DNA from: Leptospiraceae bacterium
Lineage (GTDB): Bacteria > Spirochaetota > Leptospiria > Leptospirales > Leptonemataceae
Direction of reading: 5' to 3'
Assembly: GCA_040217195.1 (NCBI GenBank)
Contig: JAVJNR010000001.1
Span: 32,001-96,000, forward strand
Length of the DNA: 64,000 bases
Shown here: one piece after another, positions 1 through 9,592 of the stretch
How the letters are laid out: every line of letters begins with the position of its first letter
Numbering within the stretch: position 1 is the first letter of the stretch
Notes under the pieces: generated by a model
Told to the model about the DNA's origin: nothing
Seen by the model: only the letters and a program-made list of their open reading frames with translations
The model's database searches: none
Position numbers and translations under genes: made by a program

Positions 1-898
1 ATTGAATGGCATCGGCTTTGTTGAAGTATTCGATAGAAGACATGGGGCCAATAAGAGGCTTTCCGTAAGGATGATCTCCGTACACTTCCATCAGAAAGTT
101 TTCCATCAGTTTGCTTGAGGCTACGTTTTCTACACGCATCCTTCGCTCTTCTGCTACTACATCCCTTTCAGTGTAGAACTCACGGAAAACGGAGTTCTTC
201 AAACGATCTGCTTCTATGGCAGCCCATACTTCGATTCTGTTGGATGGTAATTGAATCTGGTAGTTGGTCAGATCTCTAGATGTATAGGCATTGTATCCTC
301 GCTGACCGTGCCGCGAATAGAGCATTGAGTCTTCTTCTGGAATGCGAAACCTGGATGCCTCTTTTATGGCCAGTTGTAGTCTAAACTTCCAGAGCTTGAC
401 TTTGCTTTCAGCTTCCTTGATGGCATCATCATCGTTTCGTGCTCTGGCCTGCTCTAGTTTCTTTCGCCATTCATCCAGATCCCTGGACCAGGTCTGAATC
501 AATTCCAGATACTTTTGTTCTGACTGATAGTTTCTGGTGCCGATTCTTTCTGTACCTTTGAAGAGCATATGCTCCAGCATATGAGCAATGCCTGCCGTTT
601 CTAAGGTTTCATCTGCTCCACCGGCCAGAATCTTAATGTAGAGTGCAGACACCGGGGCCAGTTCCTGGTCCAGCATTATGATCTGCAGTCCATTGGGAAG
701 TTTCTCCAGGCGAATGCGATTCTCTATCTGCTTGAACAGATCCTGAGGGGCTTCGGCGGTTTCCGATGTATCCAGAGATGCCTGAAGGTTCTCAATGGGA
801 ATTGCTGCCAGACCAGAAAAAGAGGTCAAAAGGACAATTATAGTAAACAGGATGGATAGGTTTTTAGAATGCGATGGGGGATTCCCTGTCAAAGACAT
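1..898 (-). CDS. M16 (insulinase/pitrilysin) family zinc peptidase, 3' end outside the window
   Basis: Manual minus-strand translation from ATG at 898: hydrophobic signal region, then LPNGLQIIM...GGADE...GIAHMLEHMLFKGT (inverted HxxEH zinc motif), NAYTSRDLTNY; open to position 1. Confidence 0.9.
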   Translation of the reverse strand, partial: MSLTGNPPSHSKNLSILFTIIVLLTSFSGLAAIPIENLQASLDTSETAEAPQDLFKQIENRIRLEKLPNGLQIIMLDQELAPVSALYIKILAGGADETLETAGIAHMLEHMLFKGTERIGTRNYQSEQKYLELIQTWSRDLDEWRKKLEQARARNDDDAIKEAESKVKLWKFRLQLAIKEASRFRIPEEDSMLYSRHGQRGYNAYTSRDLTNYQIQLPSNRIEVWAAIEADRLKNSVFREFYTERDVVAEERRMRVENVASSKLMENFLMEVYGDHPYGKPLIGPMSSIEYFNKADAIQ

Positions 899-1105
899 AG
901 GTCCAGGCTGCCGGCCGGCAGGTACTGATACAAGTAGAAAGAAGGGCGAAAATGGAAAAACGCAGAGTCGCAAGCAAGGTCCATTGTTCCTGATCTGAAT
1001 CTATTTTATGTGTATCTCCGATTTCAGGTCCCGGTACGGGCTGTGTTTATCCGGTTTTTTCAGGGTGCATCGGCCAGGTATTCTGTCTGCAAGGCAGGGC
1101 GAGGA

Positions 1106-1870
1106 TTAATTGGTTACCTGAACACAGAGCAGACGGGCAACCTTGGATGCTCCGGCCCCAAAATTGTTATCACAGGGGCGGTTACTGTTATGAGCCAGAA
1201 AGGCGCTATTTAAACTTGTGGATCTTCCGGTTAGTCCGCTTCCAGAACCGCCGTTGGTCCAGTCCGAGCAGTTATCCGGCGATCCAGTCCAGTCCGCATC
1301 CACTCCAGTCCAGAACTCCGCCGATGCCATGCCGTACCGGATAGAGTTCTGTAATTCCAGGCTATTGTCTGGATCGAAGATTGGATTGGCCCCTGTTATG
1401 AAGATGGTGGTTCCACCCTCATCCAGGTAATTCGTATTCGGTTCGAGTACCCAGTCAGATTGATTCGTGCAACCTGCGCCGCAATCTGCAGTATCTGTGG
1501 CATTGCGACCTCCACCGGAAATAAAGGCTTTGAACGTAGATGTGATGGGACTGGGATTATTGGAATCGAGCATACAATAGCAATCAGCTCTTTCAATTGG
1601 ATCGGAGTAGCTGGCATCGCAGGTTGATTCGCCACCAAATCGAATGTCTCCATCCGGCTTGGAAGTAGTTAAATAAGCCAGATAGTCCTTTTGTATTAGA
1701 GGTGTAGTGGGCCCGCCACCGGGATCTAAGGCAGATGGGGAAAGTAGGCCCAACAGCAGTGCATTTTCTTCGCTGCTTTCTGAGCCTCCACCGAATACCG
1801 CTGCATAGAACGGAGTACATTGCAACAATGTGGCGAAGGAGAGAATCTGTATCAGGTTGAACCAGCGCAC
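1106..1870 (-). CDS. DUF1554 (leptospiral endostatin-like/Len-type) surface lipoprotein
   Basis: Spirochaetal lipobox-like LLQC; ADCYC, FKAFIS, DWVLEPNTNY, FWTG..ADW...NCSDWT, terminal LLCVQ. Confidence 0.75.
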   Translation of the reverse strand: MRWFNLIQILSFATLLQCTPFYAAVFGGGSESSEENALLLGLLSPSALDPGGGPTTPLIQKDYLAYLTTSKPDGDIRFGGESTCDASYSDPIERADCYCMLDSNNPSPITSTFKAFISGGGRNATDTADCGAGCTNQSDWVLEPNTNYLDEGGTTIFITGANPIFDPDNSLELQNSIRYGMASAEFWTGVDADWTGSPDNCSDWTNGGSGSGLTGRSTSLNSAFLAHNSNRPCDNNFGAGASKVARLLCVQVTN

Positions 1871-2030
1871 AATCGTTCCTGTAACGATAACAGCTTAAAA
1901 TCCACAGCATTGCACGCAATTTTTGTTTTTTGCTTCAAATAAACAGAGAAAAAATTGTGCGAGTCGTCCCTGTGTGGAATTCTGTGGTTATCGGTCATAG
2001 GATGCATCGGTGGAGGAGTTTGGCAATTAA

Positions 2031-2489
2031 GTGAGGCATATTTTACGGGCGATTTCTTTGTCCATGTTGTGTGTAACGTTCAACTTTACAGTGAATTGCA
2101 GTTCCACACAGCCAGCAGTGCTGGTTAACCTTGATATGCTTGCAAGAAGCCACGTTTGCGAGCAGCCAAGAGATTATCGCGCCTACTGGTGGCTATACGG
2201 AAGTCTGCCGCTTTCATTACCGGATGAGTATGCTGCCTCGAAAGAGCCGGGCACATTACATGTATTTCAGCAAAAGCGTACCTGGACGGACTACTCCTTG
2301 ACCGTGTTGTTGGGTACGCTTTTTTCGATTACTACTGCCAGAATTGAGGTCCGTAAATGCACCGCTGCCGGAGATGGCAGTCTGCTGAATATTCAAAAGG
2401 AAAGGGATGCTGCCCTGGAAGAACGAAGAAGAGTGGAAGAAGCGGAAACCAGGGCCCGCGAGCAGGAAAGTAAAAAAGCGCAGAAATGA
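2031..2489 (+). CDS. Putative lipoprotein/exported protein (Bor-like WWLYG and LLGTLFSITT segments, charged C-terminal coil)
   Basis: GGAGGA upstream of GTG start; signal-like N-terminus ending TVNC; stop overlaps next start (ATGA). Confidence 0.55.
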   Translation: MRHILRAISLSMLCVTFNFTVNCSSTQPAVLVNLDMLARSHVCEQPRDYRAYWWLYGSLPLSLPDEYAASKEPGTLHVFQQKRTWTDYSLTVLLGTLFSITTARIEVRKCTAAGDGSLLNIQKERDAALEERRRVEEAETRAREQESKKAQK

Positions 2490-3079
2490 AACGAATCCCG
2501 GTTTTGATACTCTTTTTCTGTACAGGCTGCGCAGGCCTGTGGTCTGAAGACCCGTCCTTTCGCTGCATCTCCGGAAACTGTATGAACGGGGCCGGTAAGA
2601 TTAAGCTTGGAGAGTCAGTGTATTCCGGCCAGTTTTCGCAGGGGTTACCCCATGGGAATGGATCGCTTCTGCAAAGAGGATTAGAGATTTATTCTGGTGG
2701 CTTCCGGGCTGGTCTTTTTGAAGGGCAGGGAGTCTTTCAATTCCAGGATGGAAGCGTTTATCGCGGAGAGTTTCAGAACGGGCAGTTTCATGGTTCCGGG
2801 GAGCTGGATCTTTCCTCGGGAAACAGTTATCGTGGAATGTTTCGCAACGGGAAGTACCATGGCTCAGGTAGATTCGTATTCCTGGATGGCTCTCTTTATG
2901 TAGGAGAGTTTCGCAACGGCCGTCCAGAAGGACAGGGCAAGTATGAATCCTATCAGGGTGGTCTGATGCAGGGGCAATACCGAAATGGTAGATTGAATGG
3001 TAAAGCCAGGGTGGATCTTCCCGGCGAACCAGAATTTCAGGGCAGGTTCCAGGATAGTCAACTCAAGGAGTTACTCTAA
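2486..3079 (+). CDS. MORN-repeat exported protein/lipoprotein
   Basis: Repeated YxGxFxxGxxHGxG units after CISGNCMNGAG; N-terminal signal with Cys. Confidence 0.9.
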   Translation: MKRIPVLILFFCTGCAGLWSEDPSFRCISGNCMNGAGKIKLGESVYSGQFSQGLPHGNGSLLQRGLEIYSGGFRAGLFEGQGVFQFQDGSVYRGEFQNGQFHGSGELDLSSGNSYRGMFRNGKYHGSGRFVFLDGSLYVGEFRNGRPEGQGKYESYQGGLMQGQYRNGRLNGKARVDLPGEPEFQGRFQDSQLKELL

Positions 3080-4579
3080 ATGCAGTGGCGCCCCAGACTT
3101 TCTCTACTCATCGGGCTGCTCTATACGGCTCTAGCAGCAATTAACATTGCATTTTTTGTATTTATGATTCTGGAGAATCAGACAGATCTGCTTCAGAATA
3201 CATTTCGCTACCATTCCAGATCCCTGGTTCAGGAAGTGATGACGGGTAACACTTCCAGAGCTCCGGCCCAATCCGATTCGGATTATTTTGAATCGATAAA
3301 GGATTCTCTGAAAGGATACGACCCTCGTTACGGAATCATCTTTGATTCAGATGGTCAGGTCCTGTATCGCTGGGACGGTTCTCAAGATGCTCCGGAAGCG
3401 CCCAATCCCTATATCCTGGAACGAACCAGCGAGATGGCCGGCCGAGATCTGATATTCAAGGAACCGTTTTCTCTGGAACTGAACGAAGAGGACTGGACTG
3501 CAGATATCATACTTCCCCTGGACCGACCGGGCAAATCTGCCTTCTTGAATATAAGACTGCAGATCGCCGCCATTCATGAGCGAATGGATGAGATTCGATG
3601 GCAGATCCTGCTGGCTATACTCTGGGGAATCATCTTCCATGTACTGTTTGGACTATTCGTTTACAAAATCATTTTTCGTCGTCTGACTCTGTTGAAGGAT
3701 GCAAGCGCCGAGATGCAATCCGGTAATCTGTCTGGCCGCGTGACCTGGAACTTCAGTCGAGGGGATGAGCTGGATGATCTGGGGCAGAGCTTTAATCAGA
3801 TGGCCGGCACAATTGAGGAGAAGGTTTCAACCATTGAATCTCAGCTGCAAACCATCTCCAGACTAAATCGAACCATGCAAAATGAGCTGGAAATCGGAAA
3901 AGATGTACAGCGAGCCTTTCTGCCCGATTTTCGCAATTTCCAGTACCTGAACCCTGCTTTCGTTTATCTGCCATTGCGAGAAGTAAGCGGAGATATGTGC
4001 CATCTGTATCCATTTGGCTCAGAGGAACTGGGAATCTTTCTGGGAGATGCGGCCGGTCATGGAGTATCGGCAGCCCTGGTAACGGCCATGGTAACGTCGG
4101 CCATGGATGCAGCGGTGCAGACCAACAGGCAGCCAGGAGCACTCTTCGAAAACATCAATGCTGAGCTCTGTGGCCGTCTTACATCTCTATTCTATTCCAC
4201 AGGGATTTTTGTTCTGAAAAAGCCCGGGACCCTGGTTCATACCGGAGCCGGCCATGTGGACTGCTTGCTATATCGGCGAAAGGAAGAACAATTCATCTCT
4301 CTGGAATCCCAGGGCACTCCTATTGGACTTTTTCCGGACATGAAATATCCTGAAGTGGAGACCCGGTATTCTTCAGGGGACCGTCTGGTACTTTTTTCGG
4401 ATGGAATTACGGAAGCCTGGTCCGGCTCCAGGGATTTTGGCTCCGAAGGTGTGCGTTCATTGATCCAGTCCACGATCCATCTGCAAGGGGAGGAGCTGGC
4501 TGATCGGATTCAATCTTCGATTCAAGAATTCAGGGAATCAGCAACCGATGACGTAACCGTACTCGTTCTGGATCTATAA
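3080..4579 (+). CDS. Membrane HAMP + SpoIIE/RsbU-type PP2C phosphatase
   Basis: Two TM segments flanking a periplasmic region, HAMP (DELDDLGQSFNQMA), PP2C motifs VSGD, GDAAGHG, FSDGITE, DDVT. Confidence 0.9.
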   Translation: MQWRPRLSLLIGLLYTALAAINIAFFVFMILENQTDLLQNTFRYHSRSLVQEVMTGNTSRAPAQSDSDYFESIKDSLKGYDPRYGIIFDSDGQVLYRWDGSQDAPEAPNPYILERTSEMAGRDLIFKEPFSLELNEEDWTADIILPLDRPGKSAFLNIRLQIAAIHERMDEIRWQILLAILWGIIFHVLFGLFVYKIIFRRLTLLKDASAEMQSGNLSGRVTWNFSRGDELDDLGQSFNQMAGTIEEKVSTIESQLQTISRLNRTMQNELEIGKDVQRAFLPDFRNFQYLNPAFVYLPLREVSGDMCHLYPFGSEELGIFLGDAAGHGVSAALVTAMVTSAMDAAVQTNRQPGALFENINAELCGRLTSLFYSTGIFVLKKPGTLVHTGAGHVDCLLYRRKEEQFISLESQGTPIGLFPDMKYPEVETRYSSGDRLVLFSDGITEAWSGSRDFGSEGVRSLIQSTIHLQGEELADRIQSSIQEFRESATDDVTVLVLDL

Positions 4580-6210
4580 TGGGCTCTTTTCGATCCTACA
4601 TTTCTTTGAGTAGCCTTGCATTGCTGGTATTTGCCGGAGTCACTCTATTTCTATTCCACGGAATGGCCGGCATTCTGGATCTAAAATTTTTACAGATCAA
4701 GCAGGCAGTGGAAAGAGAAAGAATCATGAATCTGGAGCTTTCCTCCAGAGCTCTGCGTTCCAGAATGGATAGAATCCGTCAGGAGAATGCAGGACTGAAA
4801 AGAGAGCTCAGGCAAAACCTCCTGGAATCCAGGGTATTGAATACCAGCTCGGAAGAACTGGATCAATCGGACGACTTGCCCATTGCGGCGCTGGTAGTAA
4901 CCAATGCAGTGCGACTGCTCACCCTCAAGGAACCGTTAAAGCTGGAAGCCGATCATGAAAAACTGATGGCATTGAAATTGGCTTTCTATTTTGAACGCAG
5001 CCGTAAGTACGATGAGGCGCTTCGCATCTACTCCAGACTGAACCCCCAGGACTTTCCTGATCCCTTTCCTGCATTCCTGGGATTGCATATGGGGTTTTGT
5101 AACCTGGCCCTGGGAAAATGGGAAAAGGCACAGCTGCATCTGGAATCTGTAATTCAAAACTATCCGGCCACCCATTTCGGTCGAGCCGCTCGATTTCTGC
5201 TGGAACTCTTGGAAAATCAGAAAAGGGCTGAATTAGAAACCGGAGCCGATCTAATTGAGCAGGCGGATATGCTCTTCGAAGCAGGAAACTGTCCGGCCAC
5301 CGTGCAGACCCTGAATCGACTGCGAAAGCAAGGGCCACTATCCACTTTTCATCTTTATCGACTGGGTCTCTGCCTGGAAGAGACCGGCGAGGTGGACCAG
5401 GCCACGGTAATCTTTCAGAAACTAGCAGCCAGCCCGGGCCCCTATGCAACGGAAGCTAATCGTAGATTGCTCATGATCGGCTACTTTTATGGAGGAGGCA
5501 AACAGGTTCGAAAGGATGCAGAGACCAGAGCTATTCGCCAGGGGGATTCCCAAACGTTAAAGGAAGTGATCCAGACATCTTCTGAGACCAGAAAGCCCCG
5601 GGTGGTGGAGGAAATCAAGGAATGGAACAAGCAATCCAGCCAGGACCAGGGCATTCTCAGAGATGTGCTTAATGACCCGGACCCTTCCATGCAAAGAGAA
5701 CTGGAGGCGCTGGACCTGAATCAGTCTGCTGGTGTGGATGGTAGTGAAACTCTTGATCAATCTGAAATTGAGGAGTCCTCCCGGGATTCGGCGGAGCCTG
5801 AAGTAGTTGCGGATCCAGATGACAGGCCGGAACCGGACCAGCGGAAAGAAGAGATTCGCATGGGTAGACTGGAAGCTTTGATGGCGGCCGGGGATTCCAG
5901 AAATTCCGACCAGTATGAAATTAGCAGACCAGGCGTTCAGCGCTGGCCAGCCACCCTAAAAAGCGATGGGAAGTTAGTTCGTATTCTATTGCTCACTCAA
6001 CGGACTCGAGGAGTATTTGAATCTGCGGACGGAACTCAATTCAGTCTATCCGAATGGAATCTTGCGGCTCATCCATCCGGACATCTATTGGTTCGATTGC
6101 GCGATAATCGCAGTTTCCTGGTAAAAGAAGCCCGGATAAGAGATGGGATGCTACTGTCCGGAAGCTTTAACATTTCCCTGGATCTAGTGTACCAGATTGC
6201 AGCCTACTGA
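4579..6210 (+). CDS. Membrane-anchored tetratricopeptide-repeat protein
   Basis: N-terminal TM, several TPR-like helix pairs (YRLGLCLEETGEVDQA), acidic linker; TAATG coupling to the upstream gene. Confidence 0.7.
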   Translation: MGSFRSYISLSSLALLVFAGVTLFLFHGMAGILDLKFLQIKQAVERERIMNLELSSRALRSRMDRIRQENAGLKRELRQNLLESRVLNTSSEELDQSDDLPIAALVVTNAVRLLTLKEPLKLEADHEKLMALKLAFYFERSRKYDEALRIYSRLNPQDFPDPFPAFLGLHMGFCNLALGKWEKAQLHLESVIQNYPATHFGRAARFLLELLENQKRAELETGADLIEQADMLFEAGNCPATVQTLNRLRKQGPLSTFHLYRLGLCLEETGEVDQATVIFQKLAASPGPYATEANRRLLMIGYFYGGGKQVRKDAETRAIRQGDSQTLKEVIQTSSETRKPRVVEEIKEWNKQSSQDQGILRDVLNDPDPSMQRELEALDLNQSAGVDGSETLDQSEIEESSRDSAEPEVVADPDDRPEPDQRKEEIRMGRLEALMAAGDSRNSDQYEISRPGVQRWPATLKSDGKLVRILLLTQRTRGVFESADGTQFSLSEWNLAAHPSGHLLVRLRDNRSFLVKEARIRDGMLLSGSFNISLDLVYQIAAY

Positions 6211-6352
6211 TCTGGAGGCCAGGATCTGCAGCCCCTGCCCATAACCGATGGACAGACTATTGAATCCCTGCATTGCCACTGCGCCAATCCGAAATGCAGG
6301 CAACCGCTGCTTCCGGCTAAAACGGCATAGAGCTTCCAAGTCCAGGGTTTGC

Positions 6353-6862
6353 TCAGTCTTCTTCGTCCCTTTGTGATTCGGCCGGGTTGGAATTTTCCGG
6401 TGCAGTGGGTAGCTTTTCATAGTGGGCTCTGGCAGCCCCTTCCTTGTAGACCAGCAGTCCTCCTTTATGGGCTGCATCCAGCATAAAGAAAACCAGACCT
6501 ATCTGAGCAAGCACCGTTAACCATCGGGATGGACTTCTTCCTTTCCACGGTTTGAGGCCGGCCAGACTGATCAGGAAGGGCACCCAGCTAAAATAGAAGA
6601 AATACTCCGCTGCATGTTCATGGGCTTCCAGTGCTTCATGAGATACTACCTGTTCCACCAGTTCTTCATCCTGTTCGCCGGTGAAAAGGGCGCCGTAAGA
6701 AATAACGATCAATAGCAGGGAAAGTGCAGGTACCAGCACCCAGGCTTTCTGTCGCTGGTCTTTTGCACCCATCCAGAGAAGTAGTGCTGGAAAGAGAATC
6801 AAAAATAGTATGGTGAGTGCCACCGGGAAATGGACAATTACAGGGTGCAGAGGTAGATCCAT
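6353..6862 (-). CDS. DUF2231-type membrane protein
   Basis: Start re-called to MDLPLHPVIVHFPVAL; four TM segments; TGE, HE..A, AHKGGLLVY motifs. Confidence 0.75.
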   Translation of the reverse strand: MDLPLHPVIVHFPVALTILFLILFPALLLWMGAKDQRQKAWVLVPALSLLLIVISYGALFTGEQDEELVEQVVSHEALEAHEHAAEYFFYFSWVPFLISLAGLKPWKGRSPSRWLTVLAQIGLVFFMLDAAHKGGLLVYKEGAARAHYEKLPTAPENSNPAESQRDEED

Positions 6863-6901
6863 AGAGCACAGGTATTTCTTGTTTCTGAGTTGTAAATCAA
6901 A

Positions 6902-6929
6902 TTGACTTGAAATGCCAGGTATGCATACT
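6902..6929 (+). promoter_or_regulatory. Candidate sigma70 promoter (TTGACT-N16-CATACT)
   Basis: Hexamers in the 74-bp divergent gap; ATG at 6937 lies 7 nt after the -10 box. Confidence 0.35.
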
Positions 6930-6936
6930 GTGGGGT

Positions 6937-7410
6937 ATGTCAGCTCGAATTCTAACTGCAATTACAATGATTCTGTTTACCGGTAGCCTCTGGGCCGCGG
7001 AAGGGGACCGTCCCTGCGCCAGTGGATTGAATGCATCCACTGTTTCTGACCAGATTGCCGGAGCTCAGTGCGCCGCCGAAAAAGGGGCGGAGGATTATAG
7101 CTCCGAACTGCTCAACCTGCTTACTTCGGAGAATCCCGATGAAGTGAAACTGGAAGCAGCTTATGCTCTGGCTACCATCGACGATTCCGATAAAAAAGAT
7201 GCTGTGGCTTCTGCTCTGATTGAGGTAGCGGGTAGCTCTTCTGAGTCCCCGGTGATTCGCTACGCATCTGCACTTACCCTGCATGTGATGGTAGGAGCCG
7301 GTGACGATCGTGGCCAGGAAGTAACGGAACTATTATCCGAACTTTCTGGAGAGCGCGATGATCTGCTACAGGATCTAAGCTCCAAACTTGCTGCAGCTCG
7401 CAGCAAGTAA
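6937..7410 (+). CDS. Exported HEAT-repeat protein
   Basis: Signal peptide (start re-called to MSARIL), HEAT-like DEVKLEAAYALA and PVIRYASALTL. Confidence 0.65.
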   Translation: MSARILTAITMILFTGSLWAAEGDRPCASGLNASTVSDQIAGAQCAAEKGAEDYSSELLNLLTSENPDEVKLEAAYALATIDDSDKKDAVASALIEVAGSSSESPVIRYASALTLHVMVGAGDDRGQEVTELLSELSGERDDLLQDLSSKLAAARSK

Positions 7411-7422
7411 TTCCGGCATTCT

Positions 7423-8277
7423 ATGCTGGATTCCGGTGAACTCAGCCGCTATTCCCGAAACATTTTGCTTTCTGGAGTTGGGCGAGCCGGACAGGAAGCT
7501 CTCAAATCCTCCAGTGTTCTGGTGATTGGTGCCGGCGGGCTTGGCTCGCCGGTTTTGCTTTATCTGGCTGCGGCCGGAGTAGGAAGGATTCGCTTTCTCG
7601 AATTCGATGACCTGGACCTCACCAATCTTCAGCGCCAGGTCCTTTATTCCAGTGCAGATGTTGGCTCCTCTAAAGGTGAAGCCGCTCGAATCCGACTTCA
7701 GGAATTAAATCCATCCATCACTGTGGAGCACTGGGCCAGGCGATTCACTGCCTCCAATGCAATGGAGGCTTTGCAGGGTATGGATCTGGTTCTGGAAACT
7801 ACAGATTCTATTCCTGCCAAATTTCTTACCAACGATGCCTGCTATTTTGCAGGTATTCCCTGTCTGATTGGCGGTATTTTGCGCTATCATGGCACTATCA
7901 TTGCCCCGGGACAACATTTGCAGGACCGGGCCATGCCCATGGGTCGTCCATGCTATCGCTGTCTTTTTCCCGGGCCTCCCTCAGAAGATGCAGTGCCCAC
8001 CTGCGCCGAGGCAGGCGTTCTGGGCGCCATGGCCGGGGTAGTAGGTTCAACCATGGCCGCCGAGGCACTGAAAATGCTTTTGAAAGCCGGAACATCCCTT
8101 GCCGGAAGATTGATTCAGTTCGAAATGCTTGAATCCAGATTTAGAACCATTTCCTTTGCGGCCGATCCACATTGCCCATTATGTGGCCAATCCCCCTCCA
8201 TTCAGGAACTCAGGGATGAGATTCAGTCCATAGAGGGAAGCTTTCTGGACCGTTTACCTTCCCGGTCGGACCTTTAA
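7423..8277 (+). CDS. moeB: HesA/MoeB/ThiF family adenylyltransferase
   Basis: RYSRNILL, GAGGLGS, SNLQRQ-like TNLQRQ, CYRC and CPLC zinc pairs, TCAEAGVLG. Confidence 0.85.
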   Translation: MLDSGELSRYSRNILLSGVGRAGQEALKSSSVLVIGAGGLGSPVLLYLAAAGVGRIRFLEFDDLDLTNLQRQVLYSSADVGSSKGEAARIRLQELNPSITVEHWARRFTASNAMEALQGMDLVLETTDSIPAKFLTNDACYFAGIPCLIGGILRYHGTIIAPGQHLQDRAMPMGRPCYRCLFPGPPSEDAVPTCAEAGVLGAMAGVVGSTMAAEALKMLLKAGTSLAGRLIQFEMLESRFRTISFAADPHCPLCGQSPSIQELRDEIQSIEGSFLDRLPSRSDL

Positions 8278-8394
8278 AAGCGCAGCCCGAAAGGAAAGGC
8301 CCGGGAATATTAAGCTGGACCGGGAAAACTCGGTGCAGCAGTGTCAGGTTTTTTCGTTGTGGCCATAGGGTCTGTTTCAAATTTGGACGCCGAT

Positions 8395-8580
8395 ATGATG
8401 GATGAAGAATTCGACCAGGAATTAGACGAATGGGAAGAGGATGAGCGGACCGATCTGGATATCGTTAGTTTCGTTTGCGAAGATTGCGATTACCGATGGG
8501 AGGAGCCGGCAGCAGAAGAAGTGGACACCGATGTCATGGTCTGCCCAATGTGTGGTAGCGTGAACGTCACTCAGCTCTGA
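8395..8580 (+). CDS. Small acidic zinc-ribbon protein
   Basis: CEDC...CPMCGS motif in a very Asp/Glu-rich 61-aa ORF; start re-called to 8395. Confidence 0.7.
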   Translation: MMDEEFDQELDEWEEDERTDLDIVSFVCEDCDYRWEEPAAEEVDTDVMVCPMCGSVNVTQL

Positions 8581-8585
8581 TCCAA

Positions 8586-8807
8586 ATGCCTGTTCGATTT
8601 ACACTGATTCTGGCAGCCTTTCTTGTACTATTCTTGATTGTACTTGGAAACCCTGCACCAGTTACATTGCAGCTTCTATTCTGGAGAGCCCAGCTTAGAC
8701 TGTACGAAGTGATAATCGGAGCGGTGGTATTTGGTATTATTTTTACCTATATATATCTGGGACACTGGAAGTATCTGCGTAAAGTTCGAGATAAGAGGTG
8801 GGATTGA
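8586..8807 (+). CDS. LapA/DUF1049-like small membrane protein
   Basis: TM-N..PVTLQLLFW-TM pattern, basic C-terminus. Confidence 0.7.
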   Translation: MPVRFTLILAAFLVLFLIVLGNPAPVTLQLLFWRAQLRLYEVIIGAVVFGIIFTYIYLGHWKYLRKVRDKRWD

Positions 8808-9442
8808 AGGTTGCCCGAATTTCCATAGGGCAGGGCCAATTCAAGGGCCGATCCATACCTCTGCCCCCGGCCGTTTCCGGACACAGGCATTTTACACCTT
8901 CCCTTCTAAAGGAAGCTGCCTTCCAGCTTCTTGAAAATACAATTACACCCGGTGCATTCTGGGATCTTTGCTCTGGCTCCGGCCAGATGGGTCTGGAGGC
9001 TCTGAGCCGTGGTTATGATCCAGTCCACCTTGTGGAACTGGATCGATCCAGATTTCAGTGGCTGAAAAATCGGGTATGTCCGGATTTCTCAGTAACATTG
9101 CATAATAAAGATTTTCTGAGGCTGGCTCCAATCCTGGCCGGCCAGCAGCAGAATACGGTCTGTTTCATCGATTTGCCCTACAGTTTCTGGAAAAAGGACA
9201 GAACTTGCGAGAAACTGGAAAGCTTCATGGGAAATCTCAGGCGAAGTCAGGAAGACAGAGTCTTACCATATATATTGGTACAGGCACCGTGCCTCTGGAA
9301 GATTGGAAGCGAAGAGATTTCGCAGTGGATTCAAAAGGCCTTTGATTTACAGCAGAGGGATTACAGAGGCCAGCATTTAATACTGCTATCTCCGGTGCGG
9401 ACAGAGAGTAACTCCACCGGCGCCGATTCTGCAGATCCATAG
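8804..9442 (+). CDS. rsmD: RsmD-family RNA methyltransferase
   Basis: RI..GQFKGR, LKEAAF, DLCSGSGQMGLEALSRG, FIDLPY; TTG start overlaps upstream TGA. Confidence 0.75.
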   Translation: MKVARISIGQGQFKGRSIPLPPAVSGHRHFTPSLLKEAAFQLLENTITPGAFWDLCSGSGQMGLEALSRGYDPVHLVELDRSRFQWLKNRVCPDFSVTLHNKDFLRLAPILAGQQQNTVCFIDLPYSFWKKDRTCEKLESFMGNLRRSQEDRVLPYILVQAPCLWKIGSEEISQWIQKAFDLQQRDYRGQHLILLSPVRTESNSTGADSADP

Positions 9443-9592
9443 GCCCGGGATTGATCCGAATAGAATGACCTGAGTACTCTTTTCTAAAGATCTACATACT
9501 TTACCGGATATCTCCTTCGCACATTCCAGCCCTCTTGAAGGAGTTGACCGTACAGGGCCCTCCTGCGAAGTGGTCACAACTGCAGGACCCCT

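Noticed and set aside
8395..8580. LysW or ThiS/MoaD carrier protein
   Set aside because: No EDWGE C-terminus and no terminal Gly-Gly
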